Below are positions 45,057 through 56,082 of a DNA stretch of 64,000 nt, one piece after another (position 1 is the stretch's first letter; every line of letters begins with the position of its first letter). The stretch is from assembly GCA_963698765.1 (NCBI GenBank), contig CAVOSB010000026.1:10833-74832 (forward strand), in the 5' to 3' direction. Made by a program: the position numbers and the translations under genes. Under the pieces are notes generated by a model. The model saw only the letters and a list, made by a program, of their open reading frames with translations. It ran no database searches and was not told the DNA's origin. This stretch comes from an uncultured Chloroflexia bacterium. Its GTDB lineage: Bacteria; Chloroflexota; Anaerolineae; Anaerolineales; UBA4823.

Positions 45057-45908
45057 ATGGCTGCCACTGCCGTTCCCAACAAACCCCGCAGGCGCCGCAT
45101 CAACCTGGCCTATTTCATCCTCGTCCCGCTCAGCCTGGTGGCCCTACTGCCCTTCGTGTGGATGATACTCAGCTCTTTCAAGACCCTGGCAGAAGTTCGC
45201 CAGATTCCACCGACCTTTTTTCCCCAGGAATTCACACTCGAGAATTACCAGCGGGTGCTCGACGATCCTGACCTGCCCCTGGCAACCTTCTACCGCAACT
45301 CGGCCATCATCGCACTGGCGAACGTAGTGCAGGTGCTGTTCACCAGCTCCCTGTTCGGCTATATCTTTGCCAAATATGAATTCAAAGGTAAAAAGTTCCT
45401 GTTCTGGTTCGTACTGTCTTTGATGATGATCCCGCACCAGATGACAATGATCCCCGGCTACCTGATCCTGGCAAAACTCGGCCTGATCAATAATTTGCTC
45501 GGTTTGATCATCCCAGCGGCGATCGACGCCTTCGGGATATTCCTCTTTCGCCAGTTCGCACTTTCGATACCGGATGAGCTGATCGACGCAGCACGCGTGG
45601 ATGGGGCTGGCGAATTCAGCATTTACTTCCGGATCGTCCTGCCCCAGCTGGGTCCGGCCCTGGCCACCTTTGGGATGCTGACCTTCATGTTCAATTGGAA
45701 TTCGTACCTGTGGCCGTTAATCGTCCTGACCGAGAAGAACGTCCGCACGCTGCCGATCATCCTGACCTGGTTCAGCAACCAGATGGTCGATAAGACCAAC
45801 CTGACCATGGCAGCCTCAGTGCTGGTAATCCTGCCTGTATTGTTTGTTTTCTTGCTCGTCCAGCGCTGGATCGTCCAGGGGATTACTCTCAGTGGATTGA
45901 AAGGATAA
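45057..45908 (+). CDS. Carbohydrate ABC transporter permease
   Basis: [21 protein letters not shown]. Confidence 0.93.
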   Translation: MAATAVPNKPRRRRINLAYFILVPLSLVALLPFVWMILSSFKTLAEVRQIPPTFFPQEFTLENYQRVLDDPDLPLATFYRNSAIIALANVVQVLFTSSLFGYIFAKYEFKGKKFLFWFVLSLMMIPHQMTMIPGYLILAKLGLINNLLGLIIPAAIDAFGIFLFRQFALSIPDELIDAARVDGAGEFSIYFRIVLPQLGPALATFGMLTFMFNWNSYLWPLIVLTEKNVRTLPIILTWFSNQMVDKTNLTMAASVLVILPVLFVFLLVQRWIVQGITLSGLKG

Positions 45909-45912
45909 CACT

Positions 45913-47251
45913 ATGACCAAGATCACTTTTATCGGCGCAGGCAGCCTGGGTTTCACTGCCGAGCTGGCCCGGGATATCCTGACCTTCCCCGGCTGCAGGA
46001 GCGACCATCGCCCTGATGGACATCAACGCCGAGCGCCTGGGATACGCCGAAAAGGGGGTCAGCAAGCTGGTGCAGGCGGTGAAGGTGCCTGCCAGGGTTG
46101 CAGCGCCACCCTCGACCGGGTGGAGGCGCTCAAAGGCGCGGATGTCGTTCTGACTACCATCCTGGCAGGCAGCACCGAGGTCTGGCGGCACGATATCGAA
46201 ATCCCCAAGAAATACGGCGTGGATATCAATGTGGGCGACACGCGCGGCCCGAGCGGCATCTTCCGCTTCCTGCGCACGATCAACCCGATGATGGACATCG
46301 TCCGCGACATGGAACACTACTGCCCGCAGGCGGTCCTGCTGAATTACACCAACCCGATGGCCATGCTGTGTGTCAGCCCTCCAGACGCCAGACCTTCATC
46401 CCTGTCACGGGACTGTGCCATTCGGTGCAGGGCACAGCCATGATGCTGGCGGATTGGATCGGCGCGCCGTTCGAGGAGATCGATTACCTGTGCGCCGGCA
46501 TCAACCACCAGGCATGGTATCTTACATTTCAACTGGAAGGGGCAGGACGCCTATCCACTGATCCACAAGGCGATCACCGGGCGCCCCGAGATCTACAATG
46601 CGGAGCAGGTGCGCAACGAGATGTACCTGGCGCTGGGATATTACGTGACCGAATCGAGCGGGCACAACTCCGAGTACAACTGGTGGTTCCGCAAGCGCCC
46701 CGACCTGATCGAGAAATACTGCACGCACGGCACCGGCTGGAACCCGGGCGAGTACGCCTATATCCTGAAAGAATACCAGCACACCGAAGCCACCTGGAAG
46801 GACCAGGTGAGGTCGAGCTGCCAGGCCGCTAACCGGTCAGGATCTGACTGCAGCGCGGGCACGAGTACGCCGCCTACATCATCAATGCGCTGCAGGGCGG
46901 CGAGCCGTTCAAGTTTAATGGCAACGTGCCCAACACCCAGCTGATCACCAACCTGCCTGAAGGCGCATGCGTGGAAGTGCCGGTGCTGGTGGACAGGGCA
47001 GGCTTCCACCCCCTGCACGTCGGTGCGCTGCCGCCCGAATGCGCCCTGCTGACCCAGCTCTCGAGCGGGATCGAAGAGATGGCGATCACAGGCTTCACTG
47101 GCAGGCGACCCGACCATGGTCTACCGCGCCATCTGCCACGACCCGCTGACCGCCGCGGTGCTATCCCTGGCCGAGATCCGCCAGATGACGAACGAGCTTT
47201 TTGACGTAGCACAAGGATTACCTGCCGCAGTTCAAGGCTCAAAAGACATAG
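45913..47251 (+). CDS. melA: GH4 NAD+-dependent alpha-galactosidase (MelA-like), several frameshifts
   Basis: [50 protein letters not shown]. Confidence 0.8.
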
Positions 47252-47273
47252 GCAGTCCATGCATACCTGACGA

Positions 47274-47308
47274 TAGAAGCTAAACTTCTTGGAGAAGTTT
47301 AGCTTCTA
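47274..47308. repeat. REP-like hairpin family A
   Basis: TAGAAGCTAAACTTCT-TGG-AGAAGTTTAGCTTCTA. Confidence 0.9.
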
Positions 47309-47369
47309 CCTTTGGCCTGGAAAGTTATTCAAGATTGAATGCCTAATTACTGACGTGGATATACTTGCC

Positions 47370-48248
47370 GTGAAATATTCAGAAAGGATCAGACAGCGAT
47401 TAGGAGTACCAGGTAGGGTCGCACTGCTGATCCTGGTATTCAGCCTGGCTGCCTGCGTCCAAACCGGAACTGAGAGGTCTGAGGATATGACACCAACAGG
47501 ATCACTCCCTACCAATCCATCCCCAAAGCCCGCCGGTGACTGGTGGCGTCCTGCTGCCGGGCTGAGCTGGCAGTGGCAGCTGACCGGCGAGCCGGATCTC
47601 GACATCCAGGCCGAGGTGGTCGACATCGACCTGGAAGTCGACCCGTCCGTGGTGGAGGCCTTCCATAAAAAGGGTACGCGAGCCATCTGCTACATCAGCG
47701 TCGGTTCCTATGAAGACTGGCGACCTGACGCAGGGCAGTTCCCGGCAGAAGTGCTGGGCAAGGATTACGAAGGCTGGAGCGGTGAAAAATGGCTCGACAT
47801 CCGGCGTATCGATTTGCTGGCGCCAATCATGCTCAGGCGCCTGGATGAATGCGCCGCCAAAGGCTTCGACGCGGTTGAGCCGGACAACATGGAAATATTT
47901 ACCAACGACACCGGCTTTCCGCTGACCTACGCGGACCAGCTGCGCTACGCCCTGTGGCTGGCGGAGGAAAGCCACCGGCGCAGCCTGGCGATCGGGCAGA
48001 AAAACGCCCCCGACCAGGTGAAAGACCTGGTGGAGGTCTTCGATTTCGCCATCACCGAAGACGCCTTCTACTACGGCTGGGCAGAAGAGTTGCTGCCGTA
48101 CATCCAGGCCGGAAAGCCCGTCTTTGCGGCTGAATATACCGACCTGGATGGGGATTTCGAAGCGTTCTGCAAGCAATCCAGACAGCTGGGATTCAGCACG
48201 ATCCTCAAGCAGCGCGACCTGGACGCCTGGCTGAAGACCTGCCCGTAA
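47370..48248 (+). CDS. GH114 endo-alpha-1,4-polygalactosaminidase-like lipoprotein
   Basis: Lipobox LAAC, WQWQL, ICYISVGSYEDWRPD, KGFDAVEPDN, GQKN, KPVFAAEY. Confidence 0.88.
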   Translation: MKYSERIRQRLGVPGRVALLILVFSLAACVQTGTERSEDMTPTGSLPTNPSPKPAGDWWRPAAGLSWQWQLTGEPDLDIQAEVVDIDLEVDPSVVEAFHKKGTRAICYISVGSYEDWRPDAGQFPAEVLGKDYEGWSGEKWLDIRRIDLLAPIMLRRLDECAAKGFDAVEPDNMEIFTNDTGFPLTYADQLRYALWLAEESHRRSLAIGQKNAPDQVKDLVEVFDFAITEDAFYYGWAEELLPYIQAGKPVFAAEYTDLDGDFEAFCKQSRQLGFSTILKQRDLDAWLKTCP

Positions 48249-48374
48249 ATAATACTCGATTAATCGAATATTTAACTAATTCATCCTTCATTACGTTAAG
48301 AACGGATTATGATCTATGTGAATCTTGTACCAGGTATTTGGATTCAATAAATCAAGAAAACGGGAAAACGCAGA

Positions 48375-49790
48375 ATGAAAAAAGTCGTCATCGGTCTGGT
48401 AATCGTCCTGGCAATCGCTGCTGCCTGGTTCGCATACACGCGTTACACTTCCGCCCAGGCCGCACAGGCCGAGGCAGTCCAGTTTGAAACGGCGCCCATC
48501 GAAAGAGGTGAGCTGGTATCCACGATCAGTGCCCTGGGAAAGGTACGCTCCGGGCAGTCTGCCGAACTGAACTGGGAGACCTCCGGCACGGTGGAAGAAG
48601 TGCTGGTGGCGATCGGGCAGCAGGTAAGACCGGCGATATCCTGGCGAAATTGGAACAGACCTCCCTGCCTGAGACTGTGATCACGGCGCAGGCCGACCTG
48701 ACCGACGCCGAACTGGAGCTGGAGGACCTGCAGCTTAACGCGGACACCTCGCGCATCAAGTCCATGCAGGACATCGTGACTTACGAGCAGGCGGTGCGCG
48801 ACACGCAGTACACGCTGGACAACTTCACCATCCCCACCAGCCAGGAAAAGATGACTGCGGTCGAAGGCGTGAAAGCGACCAAGGCTGCGTTGGAAGCCGC
48901 CAGGCAGGCTTTCGAGCCGTACAAATTCGATCCGGCCGAAAATCCTACCAGGCGCAGCCTGCTTGAGAGGCTGAACAGCGCTCAAAGCGAGTACAATGCG
49001 GCTATAAAACGCCTTAAGTACGAGTATGACCTGACGGTGGCAGAGGCCAACCTGGAGAAAGCCGTGCACGATTTCGAGAAATACCAGAGCGGCCCTTCTC
49101 CCGCAGATATCGAAGCGGTGGAAGACGCGCATCGCAGCAGCCCAGGCGACCATTAACCAGGCCATGATCACCGCGCCTTTCGACGGCACAGTCACCGACG
49201 CCATCCCGCAGGTGGGAGACCAGGTGACAGCCAGCAAGAAGGCCTTCCGACTGGACGACCTGACCAGCCTGTATGTCGACCTGGAGGTGTCGGAAATCGA
49301 TATCAACCAGGTCAAACCGGGCCAGCCGGTCAGCATCACCATCGACGCCATTCCCGGGCGAGAATACCAGGGTGAAGTGCAGCGCGTGGCGATGATCAGC
49401 AGCTCGGAAGGCAATTCGGTCAATTTCACGGTCACCGTCCAGCTGATCGATCCGGATGAACAGGTGCTGCCTGGGATGACTTCCGAAGTCGAGATCGTAG
49501 TCGCTCAGAAGGAAAATGTCCTGCTGGTGCCCAACCAGGCTGTGAGGCTGGAAAACGGGATGCAGGTGGTTTATACGATGGATCCAACCGCCGGTCCAGA
49601 ACCGCTGCCGGTGGAAGTTACCCTGGGAAGCTCGTCGGAGACGCACAGCGAGCTGTTGACCGGGGAGCTGCAGGAAGGCGACCTGGTGGTGCTAAATCCC
49701 TCGGATGTGTCTTCTTCAGGTCCTCCCGGGATGTTCTTCCGCGGCGGGTCGGGAGGTGGAGGCGGGGGAAACCGTGAGAACGAGCCATGA
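48375..49790 (+). CDS. MacA/HlyD-like membrane fusion (adaptor) protein, frameshifted twice
   Basis: N-terminal TM, SGTVEEVLV..GQ.V, ITAPFDGTV, VSEIDI..V..GQ, PGMT, LLVPNQA. Confidence 0.85.
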
Positions 49791-51006
49791 CCCTGATTCA
49801 GCTGATCCTGGAAGCCCTTGACAGCCTGACTTCCAACAAGCTGCGCTCCGCGTTGACCATGCTCGGCATCATCATCGGCGTGGGTGCGGTGGTGGCGATG
49901 ATGAGCGTGGGAAGCGGAGCCCAGTCGGCCATCACCGAGTCGATCGAAAGCATCGGGGTGAACCTGCTGTACATCGTCTCGGGCGGAGAGTCCGACCACC
50001 CGCAGCCGCTGACACTGGAGACGCGCAGGCGCTGGACGATCCCCAGCTGGCTCCGGAGGTGATCCACGTCGCCCCAGTGCTGCAGGACCAGGCAGAAATC
50101 TCGATTCCCGGCGAATTCACCAGCGCCAGTCTGATCGCCGTCACGCCGGATTTCTTCGAAGTGCAGAACGCGGAAGTAGCTGAAGGGCAGCGCATAACGC
50201 ATGCCCACGTCGAAGGCTACCAGGCGGTGGCCCTGCTGGGAACGGATGTGGCCGAGTACCTGTTCAATACGCGCACTAACCTGGTGGGGCAGAAAGTGCG
50301 CATCCAGGGGCAGATTTTCGAGGTGGTGGGGGTGCTCGAAGAGGCGGGCGGCACTGGCTTCCAGAATGATGACAACCGGGTGATCGTACCACTGACCACC
50401 GCCCAGCAGCGCCTGCTGTCTCGGCCCTATCCCGGCCAGGTCGACATGATCTACGTGCAGGCCAGCAGCTCGGAGACGGTCGATGCAACCATCGACGACG
50501 TCACGCAGATCCTGCGCGCCCGCCACACCAAGTCGCTGGGGGAGGACAATTTCGACATCCTGAACACCCAATCCTTCCTGGAAACGGCGACCGAGATCGC
50601 CGGAACGATGACGATTTTCCTGGGCGGGATCGCCGGGATTTCGCTGTTGGTGGGGGGCATCGGCATCATGAACATCATGCTGGTGGCAGTCTCGGAGCGC
50701 ACACGCGAGATCGGGCTGCGCAAGGCACTGGGGGCGCGCAAGAACGACATCCGCATCCAGTTCCTGGTGGAAGCCGCCCTGCTATCGATGGGGGGAGGGT
50801 TCCTGGGCATCGCCCTGGGCTGGGGCGTGGCCACCCTGGTGGGTCGCATCGCGGCGGCCAGCGGCAACACCCTCAATCCCCAGGTGGAGCTGAACGCGGT
50901 GCTGCTGGCGACGATATTTTCGACGGCGGTGGGATTATTCTTCGGTATTTATCCGGCCAACCGGGCGGCGGGGTTGGAGCCGGTGGAGGCGCTGAGGTCG
51001 GAGTGA
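49787..51006 (+). CDS. MacB/FtsX-like ABC permease (no ATPase domain)
   Basis: NKLRSALTMLGIIIGV, GGIGIMNIML..VSERTREIGLRKALGA, PA.RAA.LEPVEALRSE. Confidence 0.92.
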
Positions 51007-51074
51007 ATGACAACATCCATTTGAATTGGAACCCATGAATGGTTAGTTGTGCGATTATTACTTTATTTGTTTAC

Positions 51075-52043
51075 TTAGCTATTCAATAATGAATCGAATC
51101 CATTTCTCGATGATCCGGTTGTCCTCTTTGGTCTTTTCTCACGGATTAGTCTGCCATCTGGTAAAGTCGAATGTGTAATATCATAAAATTGTTCCAGCTG
51201 TACTTCAGTTAGATTCACACCAACTAAGTTTGAAGATGATAGGACAGCACCAGTAAATACTGCATCTTTTAGAATGGCATTTTCTAGGTTGATATGAAGG
51301 AAGAAAGAATTTCTGTGACAATCTGCTTTCTCTAGATTGGCTCCTTTCAAATTCGTTCCTAATAAAGTACATTTTGATAAATTTGCATTTTTCAAATTTG
51401 AATTGGATAAATCTGTATTCGAAAGATTTGAATTTGAAAAATTTGCCCCTTCTAATTGAGAAAATGACATATCATAAAAACTGAAATCAATTCCATTGAG
51501 TTGTACTTTATCCAATGGGGAATTCTTTAATAATATTTTAGCTAAATTTGCGTCTCTAAGAAAGTTAATATAGTATTTTGTCTATCTGTATCCAAGACTC
51601 GAAGAGTTGTAAATGTTCTAACTCTGGGCTACTTCCATTACACTATTCGAAATTATTGGTAGTATTCTCTTTTACATCCTTATTCAATAATAAATATTCA
51701 ATCTTATCTGAAATATCTTTGAAGATTAAGAGTTGACTTTTGCTGGTCAAGTGAAATTTCAAGTTCGAGATTTTTACTTTCCCTTAGATATACCAATTCT
51801 TTGTCTTTATCTTGTCTTGTAAACCATACAGCCAAGAAACCTAGAACGATGGGAACTATCGCTAAATCTAGCAAGTCCCATATAGTCTTATTCTCGAGAT
51901 CCTGGGAAAATTGGCCCATTGATAACCTGTCTTTATTCGTAGATAGACTGCCCATATAATTAATAGCAAGTGTGGTTAAAGATAAATATCCAATATCTTC
52001 TCAACCAAGGAACAAAAATAATAGTATTATTCGATTTCTTCAT
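51075..52043 (-). CDS. Pentapeptide-repeat membrane protein (fragmented, AT-rich)
   Basis: KTIWDLLDLAIVP segment; ANFSNSNLSNTDLSNSNLKNANL repeats. Confidence 0.65.
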
Positions 52044-52380
52044 GTGAATTCCGTTGAAATCGCACTGTGAGATCCGAAACATGCTTACCGCAGGAGAAGG
52101 GAAAACACTGGCATGAAGTATTTTACTTCATGTGTGCGTTGTCGAGCGGAATCGGTTCGTGGGATAAACCGGAATTGCTGTACGCCTTGCTCCAGATTAT
52201 GCAACCTGTTTAACCACACCTGGGATCACAATCAGCCAATTCTCCATATGCCTGACCAAGGATGAGTGGTGGTTGTGTGCTTCGGCGATTGAACTTTCCA
52301 ATTATTTCTTTGTGATTTTCGTGATGTTTGTGTTTCTAAAATTACTGTCAATCAGATTATAAATGATGATTACGAGAGAT

Positions 52381-52782
52381 TATTTTCCAGGTATTGATCC
52401 GGAGGAGAAGACAATTTCAGGGAATTGCTCTCTAAGTTGGCGGTCAAGTCACCAGAGGACATCCAAGCTCCAGCGCTAAAGCGACGAATTCGCAATCATA
52501 AGCGGAACACTTGCTCCCATTTGCTAACTCAATCACCCTTATATAATCCGTCTCGAATTCACGCCCTTGCATAAAAGCTAATGCTTCTCGCATCCTTCCC
52601 TGGATAATATGTTTATCGAGGATGCTTTTCCTTAGAAAAACAGTCAATACGTTACAAAATTCACTGCGCCACAATTTTGGCGCATACCAGTCAGAGTCTT
52701 TTCTCAGCAAGCTTTGGGCAGATGATGTCCTCTCACCCGGCAACAATAAATGCACAATCAAATTTGTGTCCGCAACAATCAT
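52381..52782 (-). CDS. vapC: VapC/PIN-domain toxin (frameshift near 52445)
   Basis: MIVADTN, SEFCNV, SAYDCEFVALA, LVT.D. Confidence 0.88.
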
Positions 52783-53021
52783 GGTCTGCCTTCTCGCTTG
52801 GCACGATCCATTTCTTCATCGGTAATCACATATCCTTGGGTTAGCTCTCGGATTTTTCGAGCGCGTTCCAAAATTCCTTCGACATCGACTCTACGAGGGT
52901 AAAATACCTGCTCCAGGCAGACGATGATCTCGCTGTTGAGGCTGCGGTGATTGGCGGCGGCGGATTGCTTCACTCGATCATACAGGTCAACAGGGATATT
53001 TTTCAAGGTTATTGTCGGCAT
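52779..53021 (-). CDS. Arc/FitA-like ribbon-helix-helix antitoxin
   Basis: MPTITLKNIP.DLY..VK..A..NHRSLNSEI; ATGA overlap with the toxin gene. Confidence 0.88.
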   Translation of the reverse strand: MPTITLKNIPVDLYDRVKQSAAANHRSLNSEIIVCLEQVFYPRRVDVEGILERARKIRELTQGYVITDEEMDRAKREGRP

Positions 53022-53149
53022 CAGAATCCTCCAATATGGTTCCAAAATGGTTTCATTTAATAATAACATAATCCAAATAATTCTCCAAAAAATCAGGCGT
53101 AATCTGAATTCAAATCACTCACAAGATTTATTCGGTTTGAAGATGATTT

Positions 53150-53219
53150 AAACACCAAGAACACAAAGAACACGAAGATATATTATTAAATCTTCGTGCT
53201 CTTTGTGATCTTCGTGTTT
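53150..53219. repeat. Inverted repeat built from tandem CACGAAGAA-type units
   Basis: AACACCAAGAACACAAAGAACACGAAGA ... TCTTCGTGCTCTTTGTGATCTTCGTGTT. Confidence 0.75.
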
Positions 53220-53230
53220 CAGAATGCATT

Positions 53231-53266
53231 TAGAAGCTAAGCTTTTCGGAAAAAGCTTAGCTTCTA
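53231..53266. repeat. REP-like hairpin family A (variant)
   Basis: TAGAAGCTAAGCTTTT-CGGA-AAAAGCTTAGCTTCTA, 6 nt after the metVF stop. Confidence 0.9.
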
Positions 53267-53272
53267 CGATGT

Positions 53273-54755
53273 TCAATTCAAGACGAATGCGGGTTCGGGG
53301 ATCACCGGCTGCTTTTCAATCAGCCCGGCTTCGGTGACGATGCGCGGCACGATCTCTTCCCAGCCCACCGCCATCAGGTGGATGCCGTTGACGCCCTGCT
53401 TGCTCTTGCACCGCCTCGATCAGCTCCAGGGCGATCTGCACGCCTTCTTCTTCGGCTCCGTCGCCGGCGGCTTCCATGCGCTTCAGCAGCTTCTCCGGGA
53501 TGATCACGCCCGGCACTTCGTTGTTCATGTACTGCGCCATCTTGAGGCTCTTGAGCGGGGTGATGCCCGACCAGGATATAGACCTTATCCAGGATATTGC
53601 GCTTGGCCAGCTCGTTCAGCCAGATCTCCAGCCCGTCGGGGTCGAAGACCAGGTTGGTCTGGAAGAACTGCGCTCCGGCGTTGACCTTCTTGTGCTCGCG
53701 GATGGCCTGGAAGCGCGGCTCGGAGGCATAGGGCGAGCGGCCGCGCCCAGGAAATAACTTGGGCGGGAATTTCATCGAGCGCCCGTCCAGGTAGCTGCCT
53801 TCGTCGCGCATCCGGCGCAGGATCCACAGCATCTGGACCGAGTCGATGTCCAACATGTCCATGCGGCCGCGCGGGCTCGGGAGCCATCTTCATGCTGTCG
53901 CCGGACAGGCACAGGATGTTGCGCACGCCCAGGGCGTTGGCGCCCAGCACCTCCGCCTGCAGGCCGGTGCGGGTGCGGTCGCGGGCGGCGATCTGCATCA
54001 CCGGCTCGGCGCCGTGCTGGATGCGCAAGCGTGCTGCACGCCCAGCTGGACATGCGCGGCGTGGCCGAGGGCGAGTCGGTGAAGTTGATCGCCGCCACAT
54101 AGGGCTTGACCAGCTCGATGTTTTCGATCCAGCTTCTTGGTGGCGATGGTCATCGGCGGGGCGACTTCGGCGGTGACCACAAACTCGCCGGCTTTCAGGC
54201 GGCGCTCCAGCTCGGAGACCGGCTCGCTGTAAGCGGCGGGTGGTATTCGGCGTCGCCCTGCCACCAGTCCGGCTGGCGCACCGGGCGGAAGACCGAATCC
54301 CAGGTGCTGTCGCGCTTGGCGGCGTCGCTGGAGACCATGCCCTTGCGACAAATTCACCGATGCCCACCTTGCTGCACCTGGTGAACGACATCGCCCCAGG
54401 TCTCGCCGCCGACCTTGTCCCAGTCCAGCGGCGGCAGCACTTCCAGCAGCTTCTCTTCGCGCCCCATCTTGAAGGCGCGGTCGTAGATCTTGTACCAGAT
54501 GCACGGGCGGGTCTCGTCCACATAGCAGTGCTCTGCGGTGGAGCCGCCGCACGGGCCGTTGCGCAGCGCCCTTGGGGCACTCCATCGGGCAGATGAAGGC
54601 CGTCTCCTGCAGCAGGCAGTTGCCGCACATCCGGCAGCCGAACAGCGGCCCTTTGACCACTTCTCCACGGTCTCCAGCAGGCGGACGCCAAAGCGGCTTC
54701 TTTCTGAAGGGCAAGTAGGCGGCTGCCAGCGTCTTCCAGGGGTAAAGCCAGGCAT
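53273..54755 (-). CDS. metF: Methylene-THF reductase, MetV-like Cys-rich domain fused to MetF (several frameshifts)
   Basis: GCRMCGNCLLQETAFICPMECPK..RNGPCGG...C...CIW followed by EFVVTAEVAPP, AINFTDSP, ARDR.R.GLQ, GAQFFQTN, GIHLMAVG. Confidence 0.8.
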
Positions 54756-54894
54756 AGATCAATCTCCTTATGGAGATCGGACTACCAATCAAGGTTTAAA
54801 GTCGCGCAATTTCGCTGCTACCAGGCAATTCGAATCCTGCTGTATAGCACGCCTGGCAGCCTTATTAAAATATCACCTGATTTGGACAGTATAC

Positions 54895-54908
54895 GTGACA
54901 TTTGTCAT
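54895..54908. promoter_or_regulatory. GTGA-N6-TCAT palindrome (CRP/FNR- or Rex-like site)
   Basis: GTGACATTTGTCAT upstream of metVF; 12/14 identical to the 12894 site. Confidence 0.4.
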
Positions 54909-55082
54909 AATTCGGCAGGTGACAGACATCTGGCCCCAAAAGCTGACGTTGGTGCTCGATAACCGTGGATATGGCAGTCCGAAGATGCCCAACTGTGGAT
55001 AATCCATTACCCCGGACTGAATTCATCTGGACTTCGGGATCCTTCTACAGAATATGCTTAGACGGCCTATCCGAATAGACGC

Positions 55083-56008
55083 TTACTGCTCCAGATACGA
55101 ATCGGCGTAAATCACCTTGTTCAGCAGGATCTGCACGGTCTTCCAGATCGCGACCTGCTCGGGGTCGCTGATAGTCCACGTCGTCGATCGACGGCTCTTC
55201 CATAGCGGCGATGCGGTCGGCGATCTTCAGATACAGCGGCCCGACCGGCGTGCTGTCGTCGCGCTTCTCGATGATGCGGATCGACTCTTATGCTGCTCGT
55301 CCAGCGGGTTGGCGATCATCATCTGCAGGCCGACGCCCATCAGCATGGCCAGTAGATGCGGTTGATCAGCGGGCGGTTCTGCGTCCGGGACGGCGTTGGA
55401 GACATTCGACAGGCCGACCGAGATCGCCGGCGGCGGGTCCCAGGCAAACTGCAGCGTGCGCACGGCTTCGATCAGCTGCGGGCAGTATTCCTGGCAGCCG
55501 GAAACGGTCAGCACCAGCGGGTCGATGATCAGGTCGCTGCATCGGGAAGTCGATCTCCAGCATGCGCGGGATCAGCTTTTCGACGGCGATGTTGACGCGC
55601 TCGTCGGCGGCGACCGGGATGCCGGAGGCGCCCATGGTCAGGGCGATCAGGCGGGCATTGTACTGCTTGGCCAGCAGCGGCACTTTCTCCAGCCGCTCGG
55701 GCTCGGCGGAGGTGGAGTTGATGATCGGCTGGGCCTTGGTGATCTTCTTCAGCCCGGCTTCGATGCCCACCAGGTTGGTGCTGTCGAAGCTGAGCGGCAC
55801 ATCGACCACCGCCTTCGACCGTCTCCACCATCCAGGGGAAGACTACCTCGCCGTCTTTCTTGCGCGGGCCCAGGTTCAGGTCCAGCGCCTGGGCGCCGGC
55901 TTCGACCTGCTTGACCGCCAGGTCCTGGAAGAAATTGGCGTCTTTGTTGGTCAGGGCTTCTTTGACTTTTTCGGAAATGATGTGAATATTTTCGCCAATG
56001 ATGTACAT
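55083..56008 (-). CDS. acsE: Methyl-THF:corrinoid iron-sulfur protein methyltransferase (frameshifted)
   Basis: MYIIGENI, ALDLNLGP, PLSFDSTN, IINSTSA, IDPLVL, GLSNVSN; acs cluster context. Confidence 0.85.
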
Positions 56009-56082
56009 GGTTTTTCCATCCTTTCTTTTTCGATATCTCACAGATTCGAGTCCCTGGTCAAGAGCTGCAGGTCTAGCTGGTC

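Noticed and set aside
52444..52446. TGA after LVT in vapC as selenocysteine
   Set aside because: The PIN-domain continuation (DRQLREQFP) is in a different frame and no Cys is expected here, so this is a frameshift.
54756..55082. SAM or THF riboswitch upstream of metVF
   Set aside because: No recognisable conserved core on the minus strand.
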